Below, piece by piece: positions 41,121 through 50,510 of a stretch of 64,000 nucleotides of DNA. The DNA lies in contig CANAIR010000007.1 of assembly GCA_947361355.1 (NCBI GenBank), forward strand, positions 733 through 64,732, given 5' to 3'. The notes under the pieces are model-generated. The model was given only the letters and a program-made list of their open reading frames with translations. It had not been told where the DNA came from and made no database searches. Numbering within the stretch: position 1 is the stretch's first letter; each line of letters starts with the position of its first letter. The translations under genes were made by a program, and so were the position numbers. The stretch comes from an uncultured Clostridium sp. GTDB lineage: Bacteria; Bacillota; Clostridia; TANB77; CAG-465.

Positions 41121-41346
41121 AAAAAATAGTAAATTTAAAGGTTCTGGAATTTTAGTAGTTATACTTTCGGCTATGGCTTTTTCAATTTATACTATATCAA
41201 CTTTTTCGGAAAGTGAGCATTTTGGTATATTAATAGACAAATATGAAAAAAATAATAAAGAGTATTACGAAAGATACATTAATAAAGAAGAAGAATTTTA
41301 TCAAAAAATATTAATAAAAAATAATGAAAAAAGTAAGATAGATTAA
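41104..41346 (+). CDS. Small pilin-like membrane protein (80 aa)
   Basis: KFKG then SGILVVILSAMAF; overlapping start. Confidence 0.45.
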   Translation: MILMYKKNSKFKGSGILVVILSAMAFSIYTISTFSESEHFGILIDKYEKNNKEYYERYINKEEEFYQKILIKNNEKSKID

Positions 41347-41370
41347 AAATTAATGAAAAGGAGAATCGTT

Positions 41371-43008
41371 ATGTTTGAAAATGTAAGAGCTAAAAATAGT
41401 CCAATAGGGATTGAATTTATTAAAAAAGGAATGCTTACTGAAGCTCAAGTAGATAGAGTATTGGAGTATCAAAAAGATCACAAAGATTTGAAATTTGCTG
41501 AAATTGTTGATATACTAGATATGTGTGAAAAACAACAAATATTGGAAATACTTTCAGATAAAATTAAGGTATCTCCTGTAATGTTAGATGGGGAATTAGA
41601 TGTAAACCCAGTTCAATTTTTACCTAGAGATATAATTATTAATTATAGAGTTTTACCTTTTGATTTAGATGGAAATAAACTCTCTGTTGCTTTTTCAGAT
41701 CCTCTTAGTGTAAATAGAGTAAAAGAAGTTGAACTTTTACTTATGAACCAAGGTTATAGTATGGAAGTATATGTTACATTATACACATCTATAATGAAAC
41801 AAATTCAAAGTATAAGAACTGTCGGTTCTCAATATGTAGATAGAGAAGAAAAAGATACTTCAAAGCTTATAGATAATATAATAATGACTGCAATAGAAAA
41901 AAGAGCAAGTGATATTCACGTAGAACCTATGGAAAATAAAGTAAGAATTAGATTTAGAATTGATGGTAAACTTATAACTGTTACTGAATTACCAAAAGAT
42001 AGACAAGATATAATTGCAGGTAGAATCAAGTCTATTTCAAATATGCACCAAGAAATTGTATATGACCAAGATGGAAGTATAAATACATATGATAATTACA
42101 GTATTCGTGTGTCTACTCAAAAAAATGTTAATGGAGAAAAATTTGTACTAAGATTATTAAAAAAGAATACAGAAGCAAAAAATCTATTTGAATTAGGATT
42201 TAAAAATGATGATGAGCTAGTTGAGAAAGCTTTTGATAAAAGAAATAGTATAGTACTTGTATGTGCTCCTACTGGTGAGGGTAAGACAACCACATTATAT
42301 AGTGCGATAGATTATTTGGATAGACCAGATATTAATATTATATCTATTGAAAATCCAGTTGAACGTAGAATTGCAGGAATAAATCAAGTAGAAACTGGAC
42401 CAAATATAACTTTTGCATCTGCACTAAGAACTGTATTAAGACAAGATCCAGACATAGTATTAGTTGGTGAGATTCGTGATGAAGAAACTGCAAAAATCGC
42501 TATTGAGGCTGGTCAAACAGGTCACTTAGTTTTATCTACAATACATACAATAGATGCAATTGAGGCAATTACAAGAATTAGAAAAATGGGTATATCAGAT
42601 TATGATGTATCTGCAACATTGGTTACTACTATTTCACAAAGACTTGTTAGAAGACTATGTGAAAAATGTAAAAAACCACATGAGATAACATCAGAGGAAG
42701 TAAGGTATATAGAAAGAGTATCAAAATATTCTGGTCAAACATTTGATTTAGATAATATAACTATGTATGAGCCTGTTGGATGTAAATATTGTGATGATAT
42801 TGGTTATTATGAAAGAATAGGACTTTTTGAAGTTTTATGTTTAGATGAGTATTTAAAAGATATGATTGCCGATGGAAAATCAAGTATTGATATTAGAAGA
42901 TATGCTATTGATAATACAGAATATAAACCTTTAGTTGTTGATGGTATAAATAAAGTACTTAGTGGTATTACTACCATAGATGAAATAAAAAGAAAGATAA
43001 CTATTTAA
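41371..43008 (+). CDS. pilB: Type IV pilus assembly ATPase PilB (GspE family)
   Basis: Walker A APTGEGKTTT, His box TGHLVLSTIHT, tetracysteine CEKCKK...CKYCDD; ATG 41371 follows AAAGGAGA. Confidence 0.9.
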   Translation: MFENVRAKNSPIGIEFIKKGMLTEAQVDRVLEYQKDHKDLKFAEIVDILDMCEKQQILEILSDKIKVSPVMLDGELDVNPVQFLPRDIIINYRVLPFDLDGNKLSVAFSDPLSVNRVKEVELLLMNQGYSMEVYVTLYTSIMKQIQSIRTVGSQYVDREEKDTSKLIDNIIMTAIEKRASDIHVEPMENKVRIRFRIDGKLITVTELPKDRQDIIAGRIKSISNMHQEIVYDQDGSINTYDNYSIRVSTQKNVNGEKFVLRLLKKNTEAKNLFELGFKNDDELVEKAFDKRNSIVLVCAPTGEGKTTTLYSAIDYLDRPDINIISIENPVERRIAGINQVETGPNITFASALRTVLRQDPDIVLVGEIRDEETAKIAIEAGQTGHLVLSTIHTIDAIEAITRIRKMGISDYDVSATLVTTISQRLVRRLCEKCKKPHEITSEEVRYIERVSKYSGQTFDLDNITMYEPVGCKYCDDIGYYERIGLFEVLCLDEYLKDMIADGKSSIDIRRYAIDNTEYKPLVVDGINKVLSGITTIDEIKRKITI

Positions 43009-43017
43009 GGAGAAAAT

Positions 43018-44115
43018 ATGGAATATTTGTTTACTATTTTACAAAAAGCAATATCTCTTGGAGCAACTGATATACATCTTGCTCCAGGACAATTGCCAGT
43101 ATATAGAATAAAAAGAGAATTATTTTATGATCAAACTAAATTACCACTTACAGAAGTTACACTTGTCAAAATATTAGAATATTTTTATGAATTTTCACCA
43201 TCTATGGAAAAAACATTTATGAAAAAAAGGCAAATGGACTTTTCATTTGGATACAAGGAACATAGATTTAGAATTAATGTATCATTGACTAAAAGAATTC
43301 CTACTTTTTCTTTAAGGGTAATTCCAAATAAAGAAATAAGTGTAAAAGGTATGGGGATAAGAGATATTATAACAAAAATGAAAAGGATAAATAATGGATT
43401 AATATTAGTAACAGGAAGAGTTAATTCAGGAAAATCTACTACAATGAATGCTTTTATACAAGAAATTAACAGAGAAGCAAATAAAAAAATAGTAATGTTA
43501 GAAGATCCAATAGAGTATGAACACAAATCTGAGAAGTCTATTATAATTCAAAAAGAAATTGGTGAAGAATCAGATGTTTTAAGTTATTATGATGGACTTA
43601 TAAATTTACTTAGAGAAGATGCAGATATTGCTGTTTTGGGAGAAATTAGAGATAAGAAAACCATGGATGTTGCAATTGATTTAGCTGAATCAGGTGGACT
43701 TGTAATAGGAACATTACATACTCGTTCATGCGGTGAGACAATAGAAAGAATAATAAACTTATACGATCCAGCTGATCAAATGTCTATTAAAAATTCTGTA
43801 TCTACTGTTCTTAAAATGGTTGTTTCACAAAAGCTTATTGTGGCTAAAAATGGAGAACTATTAATGGTTCCAGAAGTAATGATTGTTAATAATATAATAG
43901 CTGCACAAATGCGTCAAGAAAAATTTAATGTATCTGATATCGAAGATGCTATTCATGCACAAAAAGATATTGGGTGTGTGAGCTTTGAAAATTCATTTAC
44001 TGATTTATATATAAGAGGATTAGTAGATATGGATATTATAAAAGCTCAAATGGAGCCAGATAGAGTAAACGTTGTAAAAAGTTTAATAATTAATGCTGGG
44101 GCAAATTTAGAATAG
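43018..44115 (+). CDS. pilT: Twitching-motility retraction ATPase PilT
   Basis: GRVNSGKSTTM, GEIRD, GLVIGTLHT; 365 aa. Confidence 0.88.
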   Translation: MEYLFTILQKAISLGATDIHLAPGQLPVYRIKRELFYDQTKLPLTEVTLVKILEYFYEFSPSMEKTFMKKRQMDFSFGYKEHRFRINVSLTKRIPTFSLRVIPNKEISVKGMGIRDIITKMKRINNGLILVTGRVNSGKSTTMNAFIQEINREANKKIVMLEDPIEYEHKSEKSIIIQKEIGEESDVLSYYDGLINLLREDADIAVLGEIRDKKTMDVAIDLAESGGLVIGTLHTRSCGETIERIINLYDPADQMSIKNSVSTVLKMVVSQKLIVAKNGELLMVPEVMIVNNIIAAQMRQEKFNVSDIEDAIHAQKDIGCVSFENSFTDLYIRGLVDMDIIKAQMEPDRVNVVKSLIINAGANLE

Positions 44116-44139
44116 TAATAAATAGGGGGTGCAACTAAA

Positions 44140-45483
44140 TTGCCAAGTTATAAATATAGAGTAATCTTTGAAAATGGAAAAATTGGTAGAGGAAAAATTC
44201 TTGCATTAAATAAAGCTCAGGCTATTGAAAGTTTAAAAAGTGAAGATGTTCAACCAATTATGATCAAAAGATTAAAAGAGAATAAAAAAAGATACAAAAG
44301 ATTTGATTATAATAGAATAGAAAAAAGAAATGAAACAGTAAATAGGATTAAAAGAAAGAAAAGGAAAAAAATTGATTTTAAAAATATGAAACTTAGTGAT
44401 TTAAGAACTATCGAGTTTCATCCTTTCACAAGAGTAAATTCAAAAGATATTATAGCCTTTGTAAATAATTTTTATATTTTGAAAAAAGCAAGATTTAATA
44501 ATGTTCAAGCTTTACAATCTGTTTATGAAGGAACAGAAAATCCTGTGTTCAAAGATATAATAGAAGATGTGTTAATCGGTGTTCAAGCTGGTCAAAGGTT
44601 GTATGCTACAATGCAAGAGTATCCTAAAATTTTTCCAACTATGTTTATAAGTTTTATACGTGTTGGTGAGGAATCTGGTACACTTGATACAGCACTTTTG
44701 CATGCTAGAGACTATGTTGAAAGATCAATTGAACTAAAAAAGAAAATAAGGGGGGCAGTTATACCTAGATTTTTACAATTTTTTGGTATATTATTTGCTA
44801 TGCTTGCAAGTGTTGTAATAGGTGTTCCAATATTACAAATGGTATATGATCTTTTTGAATCTACAAAAGAAGTACCAGTTGCTACAATGGCTATGTTAAA
44901 TATAGCAAACTGGCTTATGGCATATTGGTATATACCAGTGGGGCTTATTGCTATTGCCGTTGGATTATTTTTTGTATATATTAACACACCAAAAGGGAGA
45001 TATAAGTGGGATAAATTTTTAGTTACTTGCCCAATAATTGGTGCAATTTTTAATAATATAACAATAAATAAATTTTTCCAAGCAATGCTACTTAATTTAA
45101 AAAATGGTATGAGAATTCAGGAAGCATTAGAAGTATCCAAAAATGTAACAAAAAATTATTATTTCTTATCAGCAATCGAAGCTGGTAAAGCTAATACTTT
45201 ACTTGGTGAGTCATGGATTGCACCTTTTGAAGAGAAAAAATTATTTAAACCTATGGTTTCTGAAATGCTAAATGTTGGTATGAAAACAGATTTACCTGAA
45301 ATGATGGAAAAGGTAAATGAGTATATAGAAATGGAATTAAATGAAGCACTTATACGATTTGTTAAATTTTTACCTGAATTTACATATTTGTTTGTTGGAA
45401 TAGTTCTTATAGCTTTTGTTATAACAGTTGTACTTCCAATAGTAGATGTATATATGGGTGGATTCTTAGAAGTTCCAGCTTAA
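44140..45483 (+). CDS. pilC: Type IV pilus platform protein PilC (GspF family)
   Basis: Two GspF-like repeats with 3 TM; TTG start after AGGGGG. Confidence 0.85.
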   Translation: MPSYKYRVIFENGKIGRGKILALNKAQAIESLKSEDVQPIMIKRLKENKKRYKRFDYNRIEKRNETVNRIKRKKRKKIDFKNMKLSDLRTIEFHPFTRVNSKDIIAFVNNFYILKKARFNNVQALQSVYEGTENPVFKDIIEDVLIGVQAGQRLYATMQEYPKIFPTMFISFIRVGEESGTLDTALLHARDYVERSIELKKKIRGAVIPRFLQFFGILFAMLASVVIGVPILQMVYDLFESTKEVPVATMAMLNIANWLMAYWYIPVGLIAIAVGLFFVYINTPKGRYKWDKFLVTCPIIGAIFNNITINKFFQAMLLNLKNGMRIQEALEVSKNVTKNYYFLSAIEAGKANTLLGESWIAPFEEKKLFKPMVSEMLNVGMKTDLPEMMEKVNEYIEMELNEALIRFVKFLPEFTYLFVGIVLIAFVITVVLPIVDVYMGGFLEVPA

Positions 45484-45493
45484 ATTAAATAGT

Positions 45494-45529
45494 AAAGTAG
45501 ATGAAATTTAAAATCTACTTTATTTTTTT
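45494..45529 (+). terminator. Intrinsic terminator of the pilus operon
   Basis: AAAGTAGAT pairs with ATCTACTTT, then a T-run. Confidence 0.8.
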
Positions 45530-45562
45530 GTAGAAAAACCTATACAAAAACAGATAGAAATA

Positions 45563-45591
45563 TTGACAAATAGGTAAAAAAAATATATAAT
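45563..45591 (+). promoter_or_regulatory. Consensus sigma-A promoter for the tRNA gene
   Basis: TTGACA, 17 nt, TATAAT, 14 nt before the tRNA 5' end. Confidence 0.7.
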
Positions 45592-45604
45592 AATGTATAG
45601 ATAA

Positions 45605-45680
45605 GTGTCATTAGCTCAGTTGGTAGAGCAGTTGCCTCTTAAGCAATTGGTCCAGGGTTCGAGCCCCTGATGGCGCACCA
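45605..45680 (+). tRNA. tRNA-Lys (anticodon CUU), CCA encoded
   Basis: Full cloverleaf: acceptor GTGTCAT/ATGGCGC (two G-U pairs), D arm GCTC/GAGC, anticodon loop CTCTTAA, T arm CAGGG-TTCGAGC-CCCTG, 3' ACCA. Confidence 0.93.
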
Positions 45681-45723
45681 ACGACGTATCTATTCGAACT
45701 AATTGAACAGAGAGATACAAAAG

Positions 45724-45757
45724 TCAATCAGAAAATAAAATCTGGTTGATTTTTTTT
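45724..45757 (+). terminator. Intrinsic terminator after the tRNA
   Basis: TCAATCAGA pairs with TCTGGTTGA, then T8. Confidence 0.8.
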
Positions 45758-45805
45758 GCTTAAAAACAATATTAAAATCATCCCAATGAGAGGATGGTGA
45801 GAAAA

Positions 45806-46071
45806 ATGAAGATAATTAAGCAAAAACTAGAATTTGAGGAATGTCTAAAACAGCGATTAGAATTAAGATTATAATTTATGATAAATGAGATAGTAAAAAA
45901 AGAAAATATTACAGAAGAATTAAAAGCAAAAAATCAATTAGCTTAGGTAACAGCAAAAACGAAATTACAGAAATTTCAAAGCAAATTATACCTATTGCAG
46001 AAGAAATTAGGCATTGCAATAATATAAAACAAAGGATGGAAGAAATTAAAAAATATCAATTACACGAGTAA
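45806..46071 (+). pseudogene. Decayed TnpV-like mobile-element gene (tentative)
   Basis: Pieces read ...CLKQRLELRL*, MINEIVKKENITEELKAKNQLA*V and ...IIPIAEEI... They recall the TnpV pattern ERLELM...GITEELKAKDQM.WV...AEEI. Broken by in-frame stops and a frameshift. Confidence 0.4.
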
Positions 46072-46269
46072 ATAGAACAGGAAAAAGCACAATTTGATAA
46101 AGAACAAGAAAAGAATAAAAAAGGCAAAAACAAAGCAATGTAGATTATTCTATCTTTTTTGTAAATTGGTTGATAAAAATACAAATTTATGATATTATTT
46201 ATCTATACAAACATATAGTATTGCAAACAAATAAATAGAAATTTTGTAATAAGAAAGTAGGAAATAATA

Positions 46270-46815
46270 GTGAATAAAAAAGATATGATTTATAAAAATA
46301 TAGAATCATTACAACCAATTGTAAATGTAGTTAATGAAGCTGCAAATGCTATAAATGATAAAACTAGAACAATAAGTGAAAGTGCAATTCCCGAGGTTTT
46401 AACTGGAGCATTAGGAGCAGGAATAGGAGGAATAGTTTCATTTACAGCTCTATATGGACTTGGAACAGTTGGACTTTCAGCTGCTGGCATAACTTCTGGA
46501 TTAGCTGCAGCGGGAGGGATTATTGGAGGTGGAATGGTTGCAGGAATATTTGTCCTTGCTACACCAATTGCAGGGCTAGCAGCTACTGGAGTTGGAATTG
46601 CTACTCATTTAAAAAATAAACAACTTAAACAAGAAAAAGAAAGATTATATCAAGAAGCATTAAGAAAACACCAAGCAATAATTCAATCTTTAAAAGAAGA
46701 AACAAATGCAGACCAAAAAAGACTAGATTATCTTCAAAGTTTAAATATCATGTTAACCAAAGCAATAACGGATTTGAGAAAGGATTTGAATATTAGTGAA
46801 GCAAAAGCAGTCTAA
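46270..46815 (+). CDS. Glycine-zipper membrane protein with C-terminal coiled coil (181 aa)
   Basis: GALGAGIGGIVSF...AAGGIIGGGMVAGIFVLATPIAGLAATGVGIA, then a Lys/Glu/Gln-rich helix; GTG start. Confidence 0.6.
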   Translation: MNKKDMIYKNIESLQPIVNVVNEAANAINDKTRTISESAIPEVLTGALGAGIGGIVSFTALYGLGTVGLSAAGITSGLAAAGGIIGGGMVAGIFVLATPIAGLAATGVGIATHLKNKQLKQEKERLYQEALRKHQAIIQSLKEETNADQKRLDYLQSLNIMLTKAITDLRKDLNISEAKAV

Positions 46816-48157
46816 TATAAATAATGAAACAAATATTAATAAAGTGTTGAAATATCAAGAAAAAGAGCTAGATAATATAAAAAGTATAAATAAAGCAAAA
46901 TTAGAAGAGATTATATCTAACACAGAAAATATATTAAAGGATATTGGATATTCTGTAAATTATAATAATTTAAGTATAATAAATAAGAAAAAAACAATTA
47001 TTGTTCCAACTTGGGAAGAAATGTGTAAGGAAGCTTCAGAAGAAATAAAAGAAGATGTGTCTATATATGATTTGTTTACCACTGAAGAATTGACTTCAAA
47101 TGAAGTCGCTATAGGTAATTTAAATAATGAATATAAAGCACTGTATAAATTAGATAATACTGAAATAGCTATTAGTGTATTTGCAGGATTGCTGTCAGCA
47201 GTTATAGATATACTATTAATAGGAATACCACATAGAACTACAAGTGGGTTAAAAGCAGGTAAACTATCTAATTATGTTCGTAATTGGTTTGAAAAAGAAT
47301 TTCCAGAAACAGATATGGAAGAATTAGCTAATTCAAAAATAAGTAAAGTTCCTTATGATGCTCAAGATAATAGAAATACACATATAAAAATAGAAGGTTT
47401 ATCTGCGTATTATCATAGACTTTTAACTTTAGGACATGATCCATTTTTAGGATTATTATTTGGTGTATTTGATATTTTAAATGGTACAATGACATCTATT
47501 GATAAAAAAGGAAAGATTGTATCTCAAGTTATTGATTGTTATAATGATAGAAAAGAAAAGGATATATTTAAAGCAATAACTAAACAGATAATACATTTTA
47601 AATCAGATGTTACAACATCTATGGGGTTGCCTGCTCCATTCATGAGTGTTTTTAACTTATTTCAATTCGGGGATATTGGTAAAGAAGAACAGACAATAGC
47701 TGAAATTGTTCAAGGAATGTATTATGAGGGATATGATTTTATCCATTTTTGTTCATCTTCTATCCCAACAATGTTAATTGAAACAATAGTAAGAATAAGC
47801 TATTCATTAAAGAAAATATATGAGGGTAATACAATAAAAGATTCAATTCCATTTTCATTAGATAGAACAAAAAATCCAAAATTATGTACAATGCTATTCA
47901 TAAGCCATTCTATTGCTTGTTCTGTAAATGCAGGAAAAATATATTTCAAAAAAAATCCTTTGGCAATTAATTATCCCGAATGGTTAACTTTTGCAAAATA
48001 CTCATACAAACAACTAAAATGGCTATTAATGCAAAAACCACAATTAAAAGAAGCATATATTAATAATAAATTATTAGATAATTTACAATTGATATATGAT
48101 GAAATAGATAAAACTTATCATGATTATGAAGATAAATATAATATAATTTTAAGTTAG
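46796..48157 (+). CDS. Hypothetical 453-aa protein with internal hydrophobic segments, overlapping the previous gene
   Basis: Overlaps by 20 nt; coiled-coil N-terminus, TM-like AISVFAGLLSAVIDILLIGIP, conserved-looking GLSAYYHRLLTLGHDPFLGLLFG; family not recognised. Confidence 0.6.
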   Translation: MKQKQSNINNETNINKVLKYQEKELDNIKSINKAKLEEIISNTENILKDIGYSVNYNNLSIINKKKTIIVPTWEEMCKEASEEIKEDVSIYDLFTTEELTSNEVAIGNLNNEYKALYKLDNTEIAISVFAGLLSAVIDILLIGIPHRTTSGLKAGKLSNYVRNWFEKEFPETDMEELANSKISKVPYDAQDNRNTHIKIEGLSAYYHRLLTLGHDPFLGLLFGVFDILNGTMTSIDKKGKIVSQVIDCYNDRKEKDIFKAITKQIIHFKSDVTTSMGLPAPFMSVFNLFQFGDIGKEEQTIAEIVQGMYYEGYDFIHFCSSSIPTMLIETIVRISYSLKKIYEGNTIKDSIPFSLDRTKNPKLCTMLFISHSIACSVNAGKIYFKKNPLAINYPEWLTFAKYSYKQLKWLLMQKPQLKEAYINNKLLDNLQLIYDEIDKTYHDYEDKYNIILS

Positions 48158-48298
48158 ATAATGAGTAAGAAAAAAAGATGTATATAAAAAAAGTTCTAAC
48201 AAATTATTGCAAAAATGCTAAGCAAGAATACAGATAAAAAAAAATAATAATAAATAAAAATATTAAATTAGCAAAAATACAACAAATGGAGAAATATT

Positions 48299-49075
48299 AT
48301 GAAAGATTTAAATAAAGATGATTTATATAAAGTACTAAAAGAACCTACATTAGAAAATTTTAGAGAATTATTACAAAATCATATGGGAGAAGAGGATTAT
48401 TTAGATTTTAAAAAGGAATGGGAGTCAAATGAAAAAATGTCAAAGCATATACTAGCAATGGCAAATTCTGGTGGGGGTTGCATTATATTAGGTGTTGAGC
48501 AAAATGGAGATGGCTCATTTGGTATATGTGGATTAAAAAGTTTAAAAGATCCAGCTAAATTAAAAGAAGGAACAAAAGGAATAATTCCTGATTCATTAGA
48601 GTATTTAATTAAAGATTTTAAATATGAATCTTCTGAGTATAAAGCAATGGAAAATAAAAAATTTCAAATATTAATAATAAAAGATAATCCAAAAAATTTA
48701 CCATATGTATGTTGCAAAGATGGAAATGATATAAAAGATGGAGAAATATATATAAGAACGGGGACTGAAAGTAGAAGAGCTAATAACTACCAAATAGAAA
48801 AAGTAATAGATAGAAAGTTAAATGCTTGTAAAATACCAAAAAATAAAGATATTTCACTAGAAAAACATTTAAAGCATTTAAAAATATTATACTCTGAACT
48901 TACATATACTACTGATACTGGATGGATTTCTAATTTAGCAAAAGCATTAACTGTTATTAGTGGTAATAAAAAAACGGAAAAAAAGGAATTATATCCAAAA
49001 GAAGATTACGATGATTTTATACTTAAAGTATTAAATAAAAAGAAAAAAAGAATAGAAGAAGAACTTGATATTTAA
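48299..49075 (+). CDS. AlbA_2 (Schlafen-like) putative DNA-binding domain protein
   Basis: EDYLDFKKEW...SKHILAMANSGGGCIILGVEQNG matches the AlbA_2 core (E..efK...AfAN..GG.l.iGv). Confidence 0.65.
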   Translation: MKDLNKDDLYKVLKEPTLENFRELLQNHMGEEDYLDFKKEWESNEKMSKHILAMANSGGGCIILGVEQNGDGSFGICGLKSLKDPAKLKEGTKGIIPDSLEYLIKDFKYESSEYKAMENKKFQILIIKDNPKNLPYVCCKDGNDIKDGEIYIRTGTESRRANNYQIEKVIDRKLNACKIPKNKDISLEKHLKHLKILYSELTYTTDTGWISNLAKALTVISGNKKTEKKELYPKEDYDDFILKVLNKKKKRIEEELDI

Positions 49076-49104
49076 GACCAATAAAAATGATAAAAAAGTT
49101 ATAT

Positions 49105-49133
49105 TTGACAAAATAATAAAATGACTGTATAAT
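49105..49133 (+). promoter_or_regulatory. Consensus promoter for a short plus-strand RNA convergent on the toxin-like gene
   Basis: TTGACA, 17 nt, TATAAT. Confidence 0.55.
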
Positions 49134-49139
49134 AAAGAT

Positions 49140-49227
49140 AGAAAATGAGAGCCACAGAAATGTGTGCTGCCATATAAATTACGATAAAACACCACATAGC
49201 TCGGCAAAGCATAATGTGGTGCTTTTA
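49140..49227 (+). ncRNA. Putative antitoxin-type small RNA (about 88 nt)
   Basis: Runs from the predicted start to the bidirectional terminator (CACCACAT 49190-49197 with ATGTGGTG 49214-49221). Its 3' part is antisense to the 3' end of the minus-strand peptide mRNA. Confidence 0.4.
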
Positions 49228-49341
49228 TTATTTGCTCAAAATTACTACTATTGCAATAATCAAGGCAAATGCTATAATAGTCATTCCTACTAAACCGTAG
49301 AAAAGTAAGTATATTATCATTAACATAGCTTGTTCTACCAT
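49228..49341 (-). CDS. 37-aa hydrophobic peptide, type I toxin-like
   Basis: GGAGG RBS 8 nt before the ATG; MVEQAMLMIIYLLFYGLVGMTIIAFALIIAIVVILSK; not in the ORF track (under 60 aa). Confidence 0.55.
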   Translation of the reverse strand: MVEQAMLMIIYLLFYGLVGMTIIAFALIIAIVVILSK

Positions 49342-49427
49342 ATAGCACAACCTCCATTTTCACAGTCAAAACTGTGTATGTAAAGTGGTAGCACCCACAC
49401 TGCTTATTCTCATTTTCTATGCTTACA

Positions 49428-49456
49428 ACTATATAAAATTATTAGATAAAATACAA
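49428..49456 (-). promoter_or_regulatory. Promoter of the toxin-like peptide mRNA
   Basis: Minus strand TTGTAT, 17 nt, TATAGT; about 80-nt 5' UTR. Confidence 0.45.
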
Positions 49457-49564
49457 GCGAACAAAACAAATTTTTGAAAAATACTATTTTTGATTTAGCC
49501 CTTGTAATTTTAATTATTTTATGTTACATTAAATATAGTCAAAAAACAAGTTTGCAGATATAAT

Positions 49565-49704
49565 ACTTGCAAACTACTGATATAACTATGATTAAGAGTT
49601 GAAAATAGATATTTTTTGGCCAACTAGATTTCGTAAACGTGTCTAGTTTGGGCACCAATATTTAAACTTAGTATAATGTAATATGGATTTTATCTGTGTT
49701 ACAT
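49565..49704 (+). repeat. 140-bp repeat: 3' remnant of an HU-like gene plus hairpin-ACCA element (copy 1)
   Basis: About 85 percent identical to 60381-60520; hairpin 49619-49653 followed by ACCA. Confidence 0.7.
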
Positions 49705-50510
49705 TTTTTAACTTATTTATAAATATATGCTTATTTTTATAAAAATATATGTTTTCAGCTAACATTATTACTAAAACATTAATTTGAATAGTATATAAAA
49801 GTAATAAAAAATAATAGTAAGTTATTTCTATATTAGTAGTGTTACATTTTTTTAATTATAGCAAAATTATTGACATCTATTAATTATAATGTTAAATATA
49901 AATACAACGTTGTTGTGTTAAAAGATTAGATATAATTACACCTTAAATTAGATGCCTTTTTGAAGGTGCTATTGTCTTATCATAATATATCCAAAAAAAC
50001 AATTTTAAAAATGTCAGGAGTAGATATAAAAGAGATAGATAAATTTTTATCATTGAATAAAAGTAAAATTTCTGTTCAAGATAAATACAAACTTGCAATA
50101 ACAACAATGTCTTTAAGATTTTTTCTTAAAGACATTTAAAAATGAAATATAACGAGAAATTTTAAGGAAAAATATTGATATAATTAGAGATTAAAAATAA
50201 TCTCTATATTTTTTTGTAACCTTTTTAATAAAAATGGAACTATGTAAGTGAGGATATATTCTTAAAACTAAAAGTACATAGGAGGTTATTTTGGAAAATA
50301 GTAGACTTGATAAAAAAATAATTGCAAATGTTAAAAATCGAATAATGATAGTTAATTTTGAAAATGAAATAAATATAAAAAAATAAGATCATTAATAATA
50401 GAATTTATAATTTTTATTATTTGGATATATTTTAGATATATTTCAATGCTATAATAAATTTAGCATTGAATTTTTTTTATGCTAATTTATAAATTTTAGG
50501 AGGAAAAAAC

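Noticed and set aside
49031-49369. 112-aa minus-strand ORF from the track
   Set aside because: It spans a terminator hairpin and has no RBS. The 37-aa peptide in another frame with a GGAGG RBS explains the locus better.
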